A DNA stretch of 63,196 nt, the filler included, from Octopus bimaculoides (taxonomy: Eukaryota): the NCBI RefSeq assembly GCF_001194135.2. It is 7 parts of 7 records of this genome, joined end to end, with 100 filler letters (N's around TTAATTAATTAA, not from the genome) between each part and the next. Parts side by side here need not be neighbours in the genome. Positions count along the whole stretch, not along the records: positions 17,168 to 26,470 come from NC_068982.1; positions 26,571 to 33,723 come from NC_068984.1; positions 33,824 to 49,095 come from NC_068987.1; 4 more parts are not named here. One strand, 5' to 3'. Of this stretch, positions 25,272-37,822 are shown piece by piece. Below the pieces are notes generated by a model. It was given only the letters and a program-made list of their open reading frames with translations, did no database searches and had not been told where the DNA came from. The first letter of the stretch is position 1, and every line of letters starts with the position of its first letter. The position numbers were made by a program, and so were the translations under genes.

Positions 25272-25381
25272 TAACAACAAACAAGATGAAGACAAATATC
25301 CGTCAAATGTAAATAATGTAAATAATATGTATACCTATGTTAAGATCCATTGAAATAGTGAAACTTCTTTTCCTTTCTCAG

Positions 25382-25445
25382 GCCAACTGCTTCCACAGAA
25401 TCTCTGCATCAACTGTCACAACATATCAATGACCTCCTTCATGAA
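25382..25445 (+). CDS. Putative gene X exon 9 (PTASTESLHQLSQHINDLLHE)
   Basis: cttcttttcctttctcag| acceptor, |gtaagt donor, phase 2 to 0. Confidence 0.7.
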
Positions 25446-25530
25446 GTAAGTGCTTCTATTTTTGACTCGTATTGAAGTATGGTGCATCCGGAATGTATAA
25501 CTTGTGTGTTGCTTTTATGCATTTGATTAG

Positions 25531-25569
25531 CTGCCATCCACAACTTTTTCTTGCTTGAGCAAAGCTTAG
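25531..25569 (+). CDS. Putative gene X last coding exon (LPSTTFSCLSKA*)
   Basis: 85-nt intron with tttgattag| acceptor, phase 0; AATAAA downstream near 25743. Confidence 0.5.
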   Translation: MPSTTFSCLSKA

Positions 25570-26400
25570 CAGTAGTGGAAGTATTTAATATTAACAACCT
25601 TTATCAGTAGTTATATTAATTACATTAGATTTTAAAAAAACAGCTCTTTGAACATAGGTTGTTGTTTTTTTTTATTATTTATTCTTGTAAATTACTTTAG
25701 AGATATAACCATTTTGTGTTGCAATATTGAAAATGCTACAAAAATAAAGTAATTGTATTTGAGAGATTAAATTTCTCATTCCCTATAATCCACTGAAACT
25801 GGAATTTTGCTTGAGAATATTTTAATTACCAAATCCTTTAACCTGTTCTTTTGATATGTTTTTCAATATTAAGCTTTTTGATGGATAAAAGCGAAAATTT
25901 TGAATTTATTCTTATAATGGAAAGTTAATATTTCATTGATATTTTCTGAGCTGGTTTTATTCTGGCAAAATTACAATTTTACTGAAGTAGATTTATATAT
26001 TTGTTTTTCACTGTTTCACTTCACCAATCTTGGAGGTGCAGTAGAAATGTTGTCAGTTTTAAATGAATTAGGTAGGATTATTATTAGATTTCAGTTGTGG
26101 AAAATTGCCAAAGACTACAAGCTTTTTTTTTTAAAAAAAAAAACAACATTAGGAGTGAGTTAAGGATGTGAATATAAGTTATATTTAACAAAATATTGTT
26201 TTTATTTATAGAATTTCAAATAAGATTTTATTCCTTGTATTAGTCTCTAATCTTAAAACTTCTACTGGTTTGGCTATTATCTTCAGTTACACTAAATGAC
26301 AGTCAAGTAACCTTTCCTGTGAGCTGTACTGAATCTTAAATATCAGCCCTTCTTTGTATGGAATTGGCAAAATTTGGTATTCTGTTGAAGTGCTATTCTA

Positions 26401-26470
26401 GGTCGTCGGCGTCGTCGTCGGCGTTTAATGTCCGCTTTCCATGCTAGCATGGGTTGGACGATTTGACTGA
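26401..26470 (-). mobile_element. Young RTE-type 3' tail, cut by a gap
   Basis: (GTC)n tail and palindrome ccatgctagcatgg (26439-26452); CpGs intact. Confidence 0.65.
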
Positions 26471-26574
26471 NNNNNNNNNNNNNNNNNNNNNNNNNNNNNN
26501 NNNNNNNNNNNNNNTTAATTAATTAANNNNNNNNNNNNNNNNNNNNNNNNNNNNNNNNNNNNNNNNNNNNAAAC

Positions 26575-26725
26575 TAGCGGTTCAGCAAAAGGAACCGATA
26601 GAACACGTACTAGGCTTTAAAAGAATAAGTCCTGGGGGTCGATTTGTTTGACTAAAAAAATTTTGAAGGCGGTGCTCCAGCATGGCCACAGTTAAATGAC
26701 TGAAACAAGCAAAAGAATAGAATAA
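26575..26725 (+). mobile_element. CORE-SINE family A tail
   Basis: gcggtgctccagcatggccacagttaaatgactgaaacaagc. Confidence 0.85.
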
Positions 26726-26744
26726 AAGAATATGTGTGTGTGTA

Positions 26745-26778
<34 letters not shown>

Positions 26779-26859
26779 GTGTATGAATATATATATGTGT
26801 ATATATCCCGTTATGAGTATTTGATCCCCTGATCGTCACTAACATTCGTCACAGCCCTC

Positions 26860-27060
26860 TCTTAGAGCGCGCAGGCGATTCTCTCTACTCATTGGCGCAG
26901 GTTGAGAGAACACACTTTATTGCCTCCCCTCCTTCCTTCACCATAAGCACTGAACGAAAGGGAGGGAGAATAAGTAACAGAGAGAGCGAGGGAGACTACG
27001 CGAAAACTACTCTTGGCATTGGCATAAATATAGCGACTGGCACCAGCTTATAAAGAACAC
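26860..27060 (+). promoter_or_regulatory. Promoter-like region
   Basis: CpG-rich unique sequence; ATTGG at 26891 and 27018; CATAAATA at 27023 and TTATAAA at 27048. Confidence 0.35.
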
Positions 27061-27575
27061 CAACAACTACTTACTCGTACATCTTCGTCTAATATATATA
27101 TATATATATATATAAACATACACATATACACGTATATATAAATATAATACACTGCGACTACGTTTAGTATTTATATAAAGTTTGAAGTATATAAAAAGTG
27201 TGGAAGTTGTGTTTTAGTTTTTACTAATCGTATAAAATATATAAATACCAAAAATATATAAATATATGTGCTTACAAAATTCGCAGCAATAACACAAAAA
27301 ATTCCGTTCATTTTTCCTCTGAGAGCCTACGATTGTGAAGTTTATTTAAACAGAAAAGAATATTATTTATTTACATTATAAACATTATTTCTTTTGTCTG
27401 TATATATATGTATATATATGTATATATACATATATATGTATCCAAGCGCATAAACCTAAAATAGGAGAATATATATATATGCATACGTATCAAACCGAAG
27501 TGTGTGCAACAACTGTCTAACCAACAATAACAAAAAAAAACGAGAGCAAGAAACTGGAACTGAAATACAGAATAG
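27060..27575 (+). other. Candidate non-coding first exon of a second plus-strand gene
   Basis: Strong donor aatag|gtaaga at 27576 downstream of the promoter-like region; no ORF; start is approximate. Confidence 0.3.
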
Positions 27576-28291
27576 GTAAGAATTCCTATTGTCTTTGTAT
27601 TGTTTTATTTTTCTTATAAACATCTGCACTTACATCTTTGTATCTAGTTACGGCCAGAATTGGTCCGGGCCATGCTTAACTTAACATATATGAAATATAT
27701 ACGTATATATATATATATATATCAAAATAATACATTTTACCGTCAAACGCGTTTAATATTTTTGAATAAATTAGATGCGGGGCTGGGGGTGAATTTGAAT
27801 ACACCATGGTAGTGTTACAAAGAATACCTGTCTTACTATACATATAAGCGTAAATATATGAGTGCGAATGTGTTACTCTTATGTTATATTATATTATTTG
27901 TATGTTGATTATTATGACACTTGTAAATATAAGGTCTTCCTTGTCAGTTCAATCGTGAATCATCCCTGTTTGCTTCCATGTGTCTCTCTCTTTACCTTAA
28001 TTCCTTCTCCTCCCAGCTCTGGGAAATGCATGAACACACCTCTACGATTCTACTTCCTTGTCCCACAAACATGATAATGAAAACAAAGTTAACATTGACA
28101 CTTGTAACCCCTAAAGCTATGCTGTTGTTTATAGTTGTAAATTTCATTATTCTCAACTTAAGCAGCGTTCATCCGCTACTTAAGTTAATAGGCTTTAATA
28201 TGTGCTTGGACTTTAGTGAAGCCGATGCGGTTTCATTTCCGACTTCGGCTTAAGTATTTATTATTTCTAAATGAAATCTGCATTTCTCACA

Positions 28292-28447
28292 GCTTTACGT
28301 TCTGAGTTCAAATTCCGCTGCGTTTGACTTTGTCTTTCATCCTATTGGGTTTCGATAAAATTGTACCAGTTTAGCACTGGGGTCGTTGTAATCGACTTGC
28401 TATTTCCCATAAAATTCGGACCCTGTTCCCATAGTAGAAATAATTAT
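28292..28447 (+). mobile_element. SINE family M, 5'-truncated
   Basis: ttacgttctgagttcaaattccgc...gtaccagtttagcactggggtcg. Confidence 0.85.
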
Positions 28448-28747
28448 TTCTACATGAAATAAGACACCATTTCCGTGATTGTCTTTATCGTTACTACCGT
28501 GAGAAGATGAGAGTTGACCGCGACAGGGTTTGATATCCAGATCACAAACATCGCAAGGCAGTTTTTGTCCGACGCCTTAGCAGTTTAGCCAAACCTACAC
28601 ACTTATAAATAATAACAACAATAATTTCTGTGTTTGCCACAAGGGCGTCGGTTGTCGGGACACTATATTGACAACAAAATAACAATGCTTGCCATATTGG
28701 AAAAGGCATAAACTACACACAATCCCACATTTATATTTTCCACTCCC

Positions 28748-28788
<41 letters not shown>

Positions 28789-29151
28789 ACACACACACAC
28801 CATATACGCCCATGTACATATACTTTTTCTCTTTTTCTGGTTTCATTCATTTGGAGTAGTGAGGCTATACTGGGGCAACGCCTAGAAGTTTTTAGTCGAT
28901 CACATCGACCCCAATTAAAATTTCAGTGATAATCATTTTATGGGTTCCGACTAGTCGAACGGCTAAGTTGCATTGTTTTTTGTTTTTTTTCATGAACCGA
29001 TTTAATTTGTCACATCGAAACGGAAACGGAGGCGCGTGTCGCGCGCGCGGTCACAATACATACATACATACATACATACATACATACATACATGTGGTCT
29101 GAATGTGTGAGGTGGGTGCGCGTTTACGAACATATTATTATTATAATACTC

Positions 29152-29380
29152 AAAGGCGCCGAGCTGAGAGTCGTTAACACGTCGGACAAAATGCTTAGCG
29201 GCGTTTCTTTTAGTTCTTTATGTTCTGAGTTCAAATACCGCCTGGATTTACTTTGCCTTTCATTCTTTCAGGATCGATAAAATAGTACTAGTCCAGTATT
29301 GGAGCCCATGTAATTCCCACACACCCGTTCCTACTCCAAAATTTCGGTCTTTGTGACAATAACAGAAAGGTTTATTATTA
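29152..29380 (+). mobile_element. SINE family M, full length, diverged
   Basis: aaggcgccgagctg head, ctgagttcaaat B-box, core and tail. Confidence 0.8.
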
Positions 29381-29426
29381 TGATACTCGAGTGAAGTAGA
29401 CCACCAATTTAAAGTTTGCTGTAGTG

Positions 29427-29462
29427 CAGTGGTCCCCAACCTGGGGTCTGCGGACCCCTGCT
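29427..29462. mobile_element. hAT-like MITE terminus
   Basis: cagtggtccccaacctggggtctgcggacccctg; other end not found. Confidence 0.45.
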
Positions 29463-29600
29463 GTTCCGCAAAAAGTCTTTTTTTTTTACATCTTGTATTT
29501 TCATTATTGTTATTAAGTGAACTGCAACACAAGTTCGATAACAACTGAAGGTTATTTATGAGGGTTTAGTAACTCATAAAACGTTGTTAGAGTTAAGAAC

Positions 29601-29644
<44 letters not shown>

Positions 29645-30407
29645 ACAGACAGACAGACAGATAGACAGACAGATAGACAGATAGATAGATAGATAGATAG
29701 ATAGATGGATGGATAGATACATACATACTCGCCCGACCAGCTAGAAATACCAGCTAAATCACGCACAGATCACGCCCCAGCGTCTATAAACAAGGAATGT
29801 TACTTAATTTACTTCAAGATGAGCTGTGTCTGGCAAAATAACGTAATGATCACGACTGGGGTGGCTTAAATTACAATTCTGTTTGATCAGGGTGAATCTG
29901 GGGTTAAACAACAACAATAAAAATAAAGATTACATTTAAATGTTTTGGAGGAGTAAATGCTATTAATAGCATTCAGTGTTCTAGTGGATTCAAAATATGT
30001 TCATCTACTTCAGATAAGACTTAATTCCAACCCATTACGTACACAGCAATGAATATGACAAAACACCTGATGGCGATCATTGGATTACGTCCATCGATAG
30101 CCAAGTTTATTGTTAGTACATCCCTGAGGGTGAAGTTATTTGGTTAGGAAATTATAATCTTGTTGTTTACATGATGACCAATTTCTAGTCTGTTACCCTC
30201 AGCATGTTTATATGATGACAGTTTCTGTCTGGTCTATTATTCTCATCATGTTGCTTTCCACAACAATAGCATCACGATCAAGCGAACAAACTCTGTGATA
30301 CGGTTTCAATATCCGGTTGAATCGCTAAATTAGTTGTTTTTTTTTTTAATTATATAATAGACTATACACTGGCCCGAAAATGTACTGGCTTTGTGCATAT
30401 GTCAGAA

Positions 30408-30617
<210 letters not shown>

Positions 30618-30854
30618 GAAGCGCCTCCCCCTATTGGGAATTTTATTTATTTATTTATTCATTTATTTGTTATATCTTTCTCCGTTTTTTCCCTCTGTTT
30701 ACACGAACGTTTATCTACTTTTCGGACAAAACCTTTTGTAACCTTCGTCCTGTCTTTGTCCTTACATGTTTTTGATTGATATTAGCCCTTGTGGCCAATG
30801 AAACGAATTACTTATTAATATTACTATTATTATCATCGTCATCATCATTATTGC

Positions 30855-30905
<51 letters not shown>

Positions 30906-31283
30906 TATTATTGAGCAGCGAACTGGTAGAATCATTAGAGCAGCGGGAAAAAAATTCTTAGCGGGGTCGATGAAATGAGTACCAGCTGAGCACTGGGGCT
31001 GATGTAACCGACTTACCTCCTTCCACAATAGTGCTGTACTTTTGCGTAAATTAATAATTATCATTATTAATATTTGGCGATCGATGACAGTATTGATAAA
31101 AAAAACATCGCACTTAATACCTTGTGGCATTTAGTCAAGTACATTTACATCCATTTTTATTTTCAATTATCAACTGTTAAAGTCAGTCTAGGCATTCACT
31201 CATATACTGAGATCAATTGAATTTATTATATATCAAACCTGTACTCGCAAAAGGTATGAGCTTGTGGCCAATAAAACGAATTA

Positions 31284-31345
<62 letters not shown>

Positions 31346-32240
31346 GGTTTTTGTCCTGAAACCTTCTCTTCAATTATCTGGCCGTCTGCTAATTTCTTAA
31401 GAGTAGCATCATATGGAAATGAAGACACATGGAAGTTGGAATGTGGGGAGAGGAAATTACAGGAAAATTTAAACAACAGAATCAGAAGAAAAAAAACTGA
31501 AAGGGGAAAAATGCCACGTGTTATTTAAATACCATAAAAATAACTTAATATAATTCATTTATCAAATATATTATTATTGTTTTTTCTATGGCAATATAGG
31601 ACTTCAACAACACAATATTTTTTTCTGTACGATTATCATGGAATATATAACACGCATGCAGGTAAATATGGCTTTGTTTTAAAGAGAAAAAGTATGAAAT
31701 CAATCAGTTATTGAATATTTACCAATAAACGTCCGATTTTTAAATTTCAATTTTAATGTATATTTTTCTTGTCAGAATTTTACCTCGATTTCTCTGGCTA
31801 TCATAAAATTCAAATTTATTTTTCTGGGTTAGAAAATTGTTACTTTTGTCTTTAACATGCATAATTAGTAATGAGATTATATGTTCCAGATTTGTTAAGA
31901 AAACACTGGATCTTTATATGTTGCGTTATGGGATTTTCTTTTTCATTTTTTTTTTTTTTTTGGCGATGCGAAGCAATAATATATATATACACGCACACAC
32001 GCACATAACATATATATACATATATACATATATGTATATACTGCCATAGTGTAAAATAATGTCAGTGTGTGTGTGTGTGTGTGTGTGTTTGTGTGTGTGC
32101 GAGATCTATAAAATTTAGAAGGAAAATATTAATGCACATAAAAAAAATGAGTGTAAGCAAAAATATGTTAACTAACAATACTTAACTACTTTACCCATAG
32201 TATACGACCTGTGCACATGATAGACAATGAACAATGCACG

Positions 32241-32283
<43 letters not shown>

Positions 32284-33097
32284 ATACGAATAATAAATAT
32301 AAATATTAATGTTAATAATAATAACAATAATAATATATTTTACATTGACAACGTATAAATAATAGACAATACATCTATTTGAATTTTTTTTTTTTTGCAC
32401 AGTATACTCACACACAGACACACTAATATATACGTATATGAAATAGATATTTAATAAGCTTTAATTAATGGAAAATTTTAGGTGAGTACTTTTTACCTGG
32501 TGTACAATTTTTCATTTTTCCGTGACACTTTTTCGTAACTGAATTCAGTTATATAGCGATATTTACAGGAGATTGTAGGAAGAGTTTTAAACCACGAGAA
32601 ACAGGGATCAGAATTCAGACATTCAGTGAAGGAACGTCAAAGGAGTATATAACACAGAACATCTTACAGATATATACATAAACGTATCGATATATCAATT
32701 GATACATCGTCATTGATAAATCTTCGTTTTGCTTCCATTGGGTGATCATACCAAAGCCTATGTCGATATATAATTTTTTGGCAATACATTTCTATATATT
32801 TTGCTCCTAATTTCATACACCAGTATGAAGACTGTGCGTGGACGTGTGTATGTGTGTGTTTGTATGTACTGATGAATCAATACCACTGATACTGGAAGAG
32901 AGAAATTGCAAGGCTAGCCGGAAAAAACGGCAAAGGCATGGGGCACGCTAGAATTCGTAACAAGTCAAAGGATTTATGTAAACATTCTTATTGTTGGCCA
33001 CGTAAACGGTTTAGGGGTGGGTCCAGTATCACAGACGTTAATTTCAAGAATAATGATGACCTGATGACCGCACGCGTGTGTATACATCCATACGCGA

Positions 33098-33139
<42 letters not shown>

Positions 33140-33141
33140 AG

Positions 33142-33193
<52 letters not shown>

Positions 33194-33435
33194 ACACATA
33201 CAGACAAAATATAAAGCGTTCGTTCGGTTACATAGATATTTCAAGGATTGAATATATATATATACAGATAGATAGAGAGATAGAGAGAGAGAGAAAGAGA
33301 GGGTATATATGTATATAATGTATATTATGCATCTTTTCTTTACTAGTTTCAAGTCGAGAGCTGCGGCCATGCTGGGGCACCATCATTAGCTTTTGCTAAA
33401 CTTTCAACCTCCTCCAATATATGGAATTTAGTCTT

Positions 33436-33477
<42 letters not shown>

Positions 33478-33844
33478 GTGTGTGTGTGTGTTTGTATAAG
33501 TGTATATGTGTGTGGGTGTGCGTGGGTGTATATATATATATACACTAGTTTAATAGACATAGACGTACCGAAACGGCTACTAATGCTTTTATGTTACATT
33601 AAATAGGTATGAAACTGTTTGTAGCTCTTTCAGTATGTGTATAAAATTGATATTTATCTCTCACCAGATGGAGTTTATTTTTTGCTGACTCTACCTTTAT
33701 TGGAATTATATATATAAATATATNNNNNNNNNNNNNNNNNNNNNNNNNNNNNNNNNNNNNNNNNNNNTTAATTAATTAANNNNNNNNNNNNNNNNNNNNN
33801 NNNNNNNNNNNNNNNNNNNNNNNATATATATATATATATATATA

Positions 33845-34080
33845 TACATATATAGGGAGAATTCACAAAAAAAAACAAAAAAAAAGAAACAAAAGACGAA
33901 GACAGGTGGTGTAGACAACAAACAGATGTATTAGTTTAACGCTCGGGAAGTGAAAAAGTCTTTTTCGAACCTACGCTCTTCCACAGAAAGGAACACAAAA
34001 AGAGACAAGGAGAGAAAATAAAGAATGTGTAGTGGCTAGAGATCTATCATGGCGAATGTCGGACAGAAGGGTCACACAGG
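33845..34080 (-). mobile_element. Penelope-type terminal repeat fragment with variant hammerhead-like motif
   Basis: Homologous in reverse to 55285-55425; minus strand ctttCTGTGGAAgagcgtaggttcGAAA at 33962-33990. Confidence 0.6.
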
Positions 34081-34564
34081 AGAGCCTATATATATATATA
34101 GGCTGAAGAAAAGTACCGTAGTCGATTGGTCAACTAAACTCTTCTAAGTGGTGCCCCTGCACAGCCGTAATCCAATTATTGAAACATGTAAAAGATAAGA
34201 TATAAAAGATAAAGATTGTTTATGTGGTGTATTTCCGAGTTTTTCTCGCTTGTTTAATTCACATAAATATAAAGTTACTACACCGATTACCAACTGAGTC
34301 GTGCACTCGCAGTAGCTAAATATCTCGTTTAGCTGAACTAAGAAAGTAAAATCCAAGCTCACGTATGTCTATCTACAATGTAACCCCCTAGCTTTTATTT
34401 AAGCATCCTAAATATTCTTCTGAAAGAACATTCTGGAGGTATTTTTCGCTATATTTGTGAGGCAGTTATTTCTCGGTGATAATAAAGTAATCATTTCGCT
34501 CCGTTGTCCGTTCCTGGACTATCTATATACCGGTCACTCTTAATGTTAACAAGAGCCACCCCAT

Positions 34565-34577
34565 ATTACTACTACTG

Positions 34578-34640
<63 letters not shown>
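34565..34640. repeat. (TAC)n microsatellite
   Basis: Direct run. Confidence 0.95.
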
Positions 34641-34641
<1 letters not shown>

Positions 34642-35204
34642 ACTTGCGCTTATATGAATATCGATAATATTTTGCAAATGAATATGAAATGTGCAATATA
34701 TTGTTTATACTGAATTAGTTTGAACTTTGTCGTGGAAGGTTCTGTACTGCATACGTGTGTTGTCCACTTATGATTTCCTGATTTCCTATCTAGCTTTGTT
34801 TTGTGTTGTGTAGCATGGTACATTGCAACTGCTCTTTGTTGAGAATGCATAGTGAGTCGATGGAAGAGTGTTGTAATTGTATGGCCAATACATTTGAAGT
34901 CGCGGAGGCGATTAATACAAACAAAAACAAACAACTGACTGATGACATAAATCTAAAGGTCAAAATAAAAAATCCAGTGGCAATACTACATGAATCACAT
35001 CGTCCTTGCATAGTGTAAAGAGGTATCAACACACGCCAACATCAATTTATCCCGAAGATGACCCTATGTAAGTATAGAAATGTGGATAATGAATTTAAGT
35101 ACTTAACTTTTACAAATGAACTTCAAGGAATTAATAAACATTGAAAATGATTAAACTAGGACACAGTCCTGTTTTCAATACATGTCTGAACAAAAGTTGT
35201 TTTC

Positions 35205-35358
35205 CTACGTACATACATACATACATACATACATACATAAGGCATGCGAGTATGTACGTATTCGTGTATTCATGCATGCAGGTATGTATGTATGTATGTA
35301 TGTATGTATGTATGTATGTATGTATGTATGTATCAGTGTGTATATGTATATATTTATA

Positions 35359-35390
<32 letters not shown>
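35205..35390. repeat. (TACA)/(TATG) microsatellites in alternating orientation
   Basis: Direct runs. Confidence 0.9.
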
Positions 35391-35391
<1 letters not shown>

Positions 35392-37424
35392 GTATCTTTC
35401 ACTCATTAATACTGACGATAATTATAGTGCGGGCTGTGTTTTCGTTGATAATGAATGTTTTTTATAGTTTCTCTAAACAAATAATAATTATATGTTTTAA
35501 TGACCGAAACGATTTAAAAGCCTGTACACTTTTCTCACGAAATAATTTTTGAACATAACCAATGAGGTCATTGAAGACTAGATTAGTTACACTAATTGTA
35601 AATGGTGCAGATTAATCCAGACGGAACACGTTACACGTCTATACAGCTATAGAAATAAAATAAAATAATGGGGCAAGGTAAATGAATGTTAGTAGTGAGC
35701 AAAGTATTCTGTTAGAATCATAGGCCATAAATAGTAACCCAGTCTCTCTACTGCGTCTCTGTGTCGTTTCTCAAACATACAAACATTCACGTGTCATACA
35801 CGCACCAACACACCAAAACGCTGCAACCATCACTCTTCATCGATGTAGTCTTCCCTCTGTCGCACTTTTCTTTCTTTACTGCCATGAATTGTAAATTCTC
35901 TGGATTTGTTCTCTTCAGAGTACGAGCTTTGCCATATATTTTGTCACCCTCAGGTTGTGTACCACGGATATTTTATGTCAGAAATTGTATGCTTATGAAT
36001 TACTCAGGTTTTGGACAGTGATAATTCTCTTATGATTCCTATGCCACTCAGAACATCCTTTCTTTTAATGCAGCACGGAATTTTGTCAGTAAACAGGTCG
36101 CGGTCTCAAAGCGATGAAAATATTTTGGCAAATTAAATTAAATGTTGAAGTGAATCTAACGGTTTTTGTGTGTTATTTTAAATGGCTTATAAACACCTTC
36201 CACGCTGCAATTGTTTTCGTTCCAGCACACGATCTCAGATCAGGTCACTCGCTAAGCAAGTACATTTCCGTAATTTAATTAAACAGTTTCATTGTTAATT
36301 TCTTGCACATATTTGACATCTCAACAAATCTAAATACGTATCCGAGATTCGGTACAGATCAAAACTGGAAAACCACAAAATCTAAGGTTTCCTGTAGCTG
36401 ACTGTCCGCGTTATTTTCTCCAGCAAAAGAAAGAATGCTACATTATTCGCATATTTACGCCTATCGTAAAGCGGTAATGCAAATCAAATGCTATAGGAAT
36501 ATTTTCTTCTTGATATATTCTATTACTTCATTGGAATTTTTTCCATGGATATTATAAAGGGTAAATATGTCAATAATATATGCTTCTTTTTGTGAGAGTA
36601 AAGGAATTATGATAATTTAAGTCATCTCATTGTATTATTGATATTTATTTTTGTTGATCAGGGAGAAATTTGAATTCAAAAGTATTCATTCTCAACTGTC
36701 AAATTTCCCATCCAAGCAAAGACTGTTACAATCTTAAAGAAACCACAGGAAAATACAATGAAAGGATTAATGATTTACCTGAAACCTAACGGTAACAAGA
36801 ATGATATACAGTAGTGTCATGGTACATGAAATAATAGAGAGAGATATGGCCACAAGGCCGCAACATTAGACAAGGGATAAAGCAACAAAGAAAAATAGAA
36901 AGAAGATATATCAAAGACAAACAGGGATGTTGAGAAATAATATTTATCATAGTTTGTTCTCGGCAACGATGTTGAAATGACGGTTTGCTCTCCTCTTTAT
37001 TAACATAATTTAACAGCATACAAATACAATCTAAATATCATTCAAAACCGAAGTCTTATAGCACTGGACATCCAACCAAATCAAAATTTAGTAGCTCAGT
37101 AGTTTTAAAATGGCATCATACGGTACACAAGGACGCCGAGAAATGTTGGCTAATGCATCCCAAAAGTATCAAGATTATCTTTATAAAAAGGTGAAAAAAG
37201 TTTAAAAAATTTCGCCCTCCTACCCTAACACATATATACGCGCACCCGCGCGTCCACGCACGCACGCACGCACGCACACAGACACACACAATGTCTGTGC
37301 AGAAATTTTCCATAAGCTCAGACTCTGTGCTTCAAACAGGAAAGAAATGCATTTCTCATCGAGGAATTAACGTGTGTTATTTTTCTTTTGTTAGCATTCC
37401 GTGTGTATGTGAAAACTTATGTAT

Positions 37425-37822
37425 GTAGGAGTGGCTGTGTGGTAAGTAGCTTGCTTACGAAACACATGGTTCCAGGTTCAGTGCCACTGCATGGCACTTT
37501 GGGCAAGTGTCTTCTACTATAGCCTCGGGCCGACCAAAGCCTTGTGAGTGGATTTGGTAGACGGAAACTGAAAGAAGCCCGTCGTATATATATATGTATG
37601 TATGTGTGTGTGTATATGTTTGTGTGTCCGTGTTTGTCCCGCCAACATCGCTTGACAACCGATGCTGGTGTGTTTGCGTCCCCATCACTTAGCGGTTCGG
37701 AAAAAGAGACCGATGGCATAAGTACTAGGCTTACAAGGATTAAGTCCTGGGGCCGATTTGTTCGACTAAACGCGGTGCTCCAGCATGGCCACAGTCAAAT
37801 GACTGAAATAAGTAAAAGAGTA
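37425..37822 (+). mobile_element. CORE-SINE family A, full length
   Basis: A-box tggctgtgtgg, B-box ggttcagt, CORE, internal (TA/TG)n, RTE-like tail. Confidence 0.9.

Larger units (their letters stand above)
24886..25326 (+). mobile_element. 5'-truncated Penelope-like element with 12-bp TSD
   Basis: TSD atgtatacctat at 24874-24885 and 25327-25338. ORF end HLPLWYEVKIIDREHHWKIRKLKEAAHILG...IWEPVLRK* (TAA 25062-25064) resembles the Penelope GIY-YIG C-terminus. Tail is (aatgtaaat)n. Confidence 0.8.

Noticed and set aside
34790-35032. Minus-strand ORF with signal-peptide-like MSSVSCLFLFVLIASA
   Set aside because: Closes after about 50 aa with no convincing donor; overlapping ORFs on the other frames look equally plausible.
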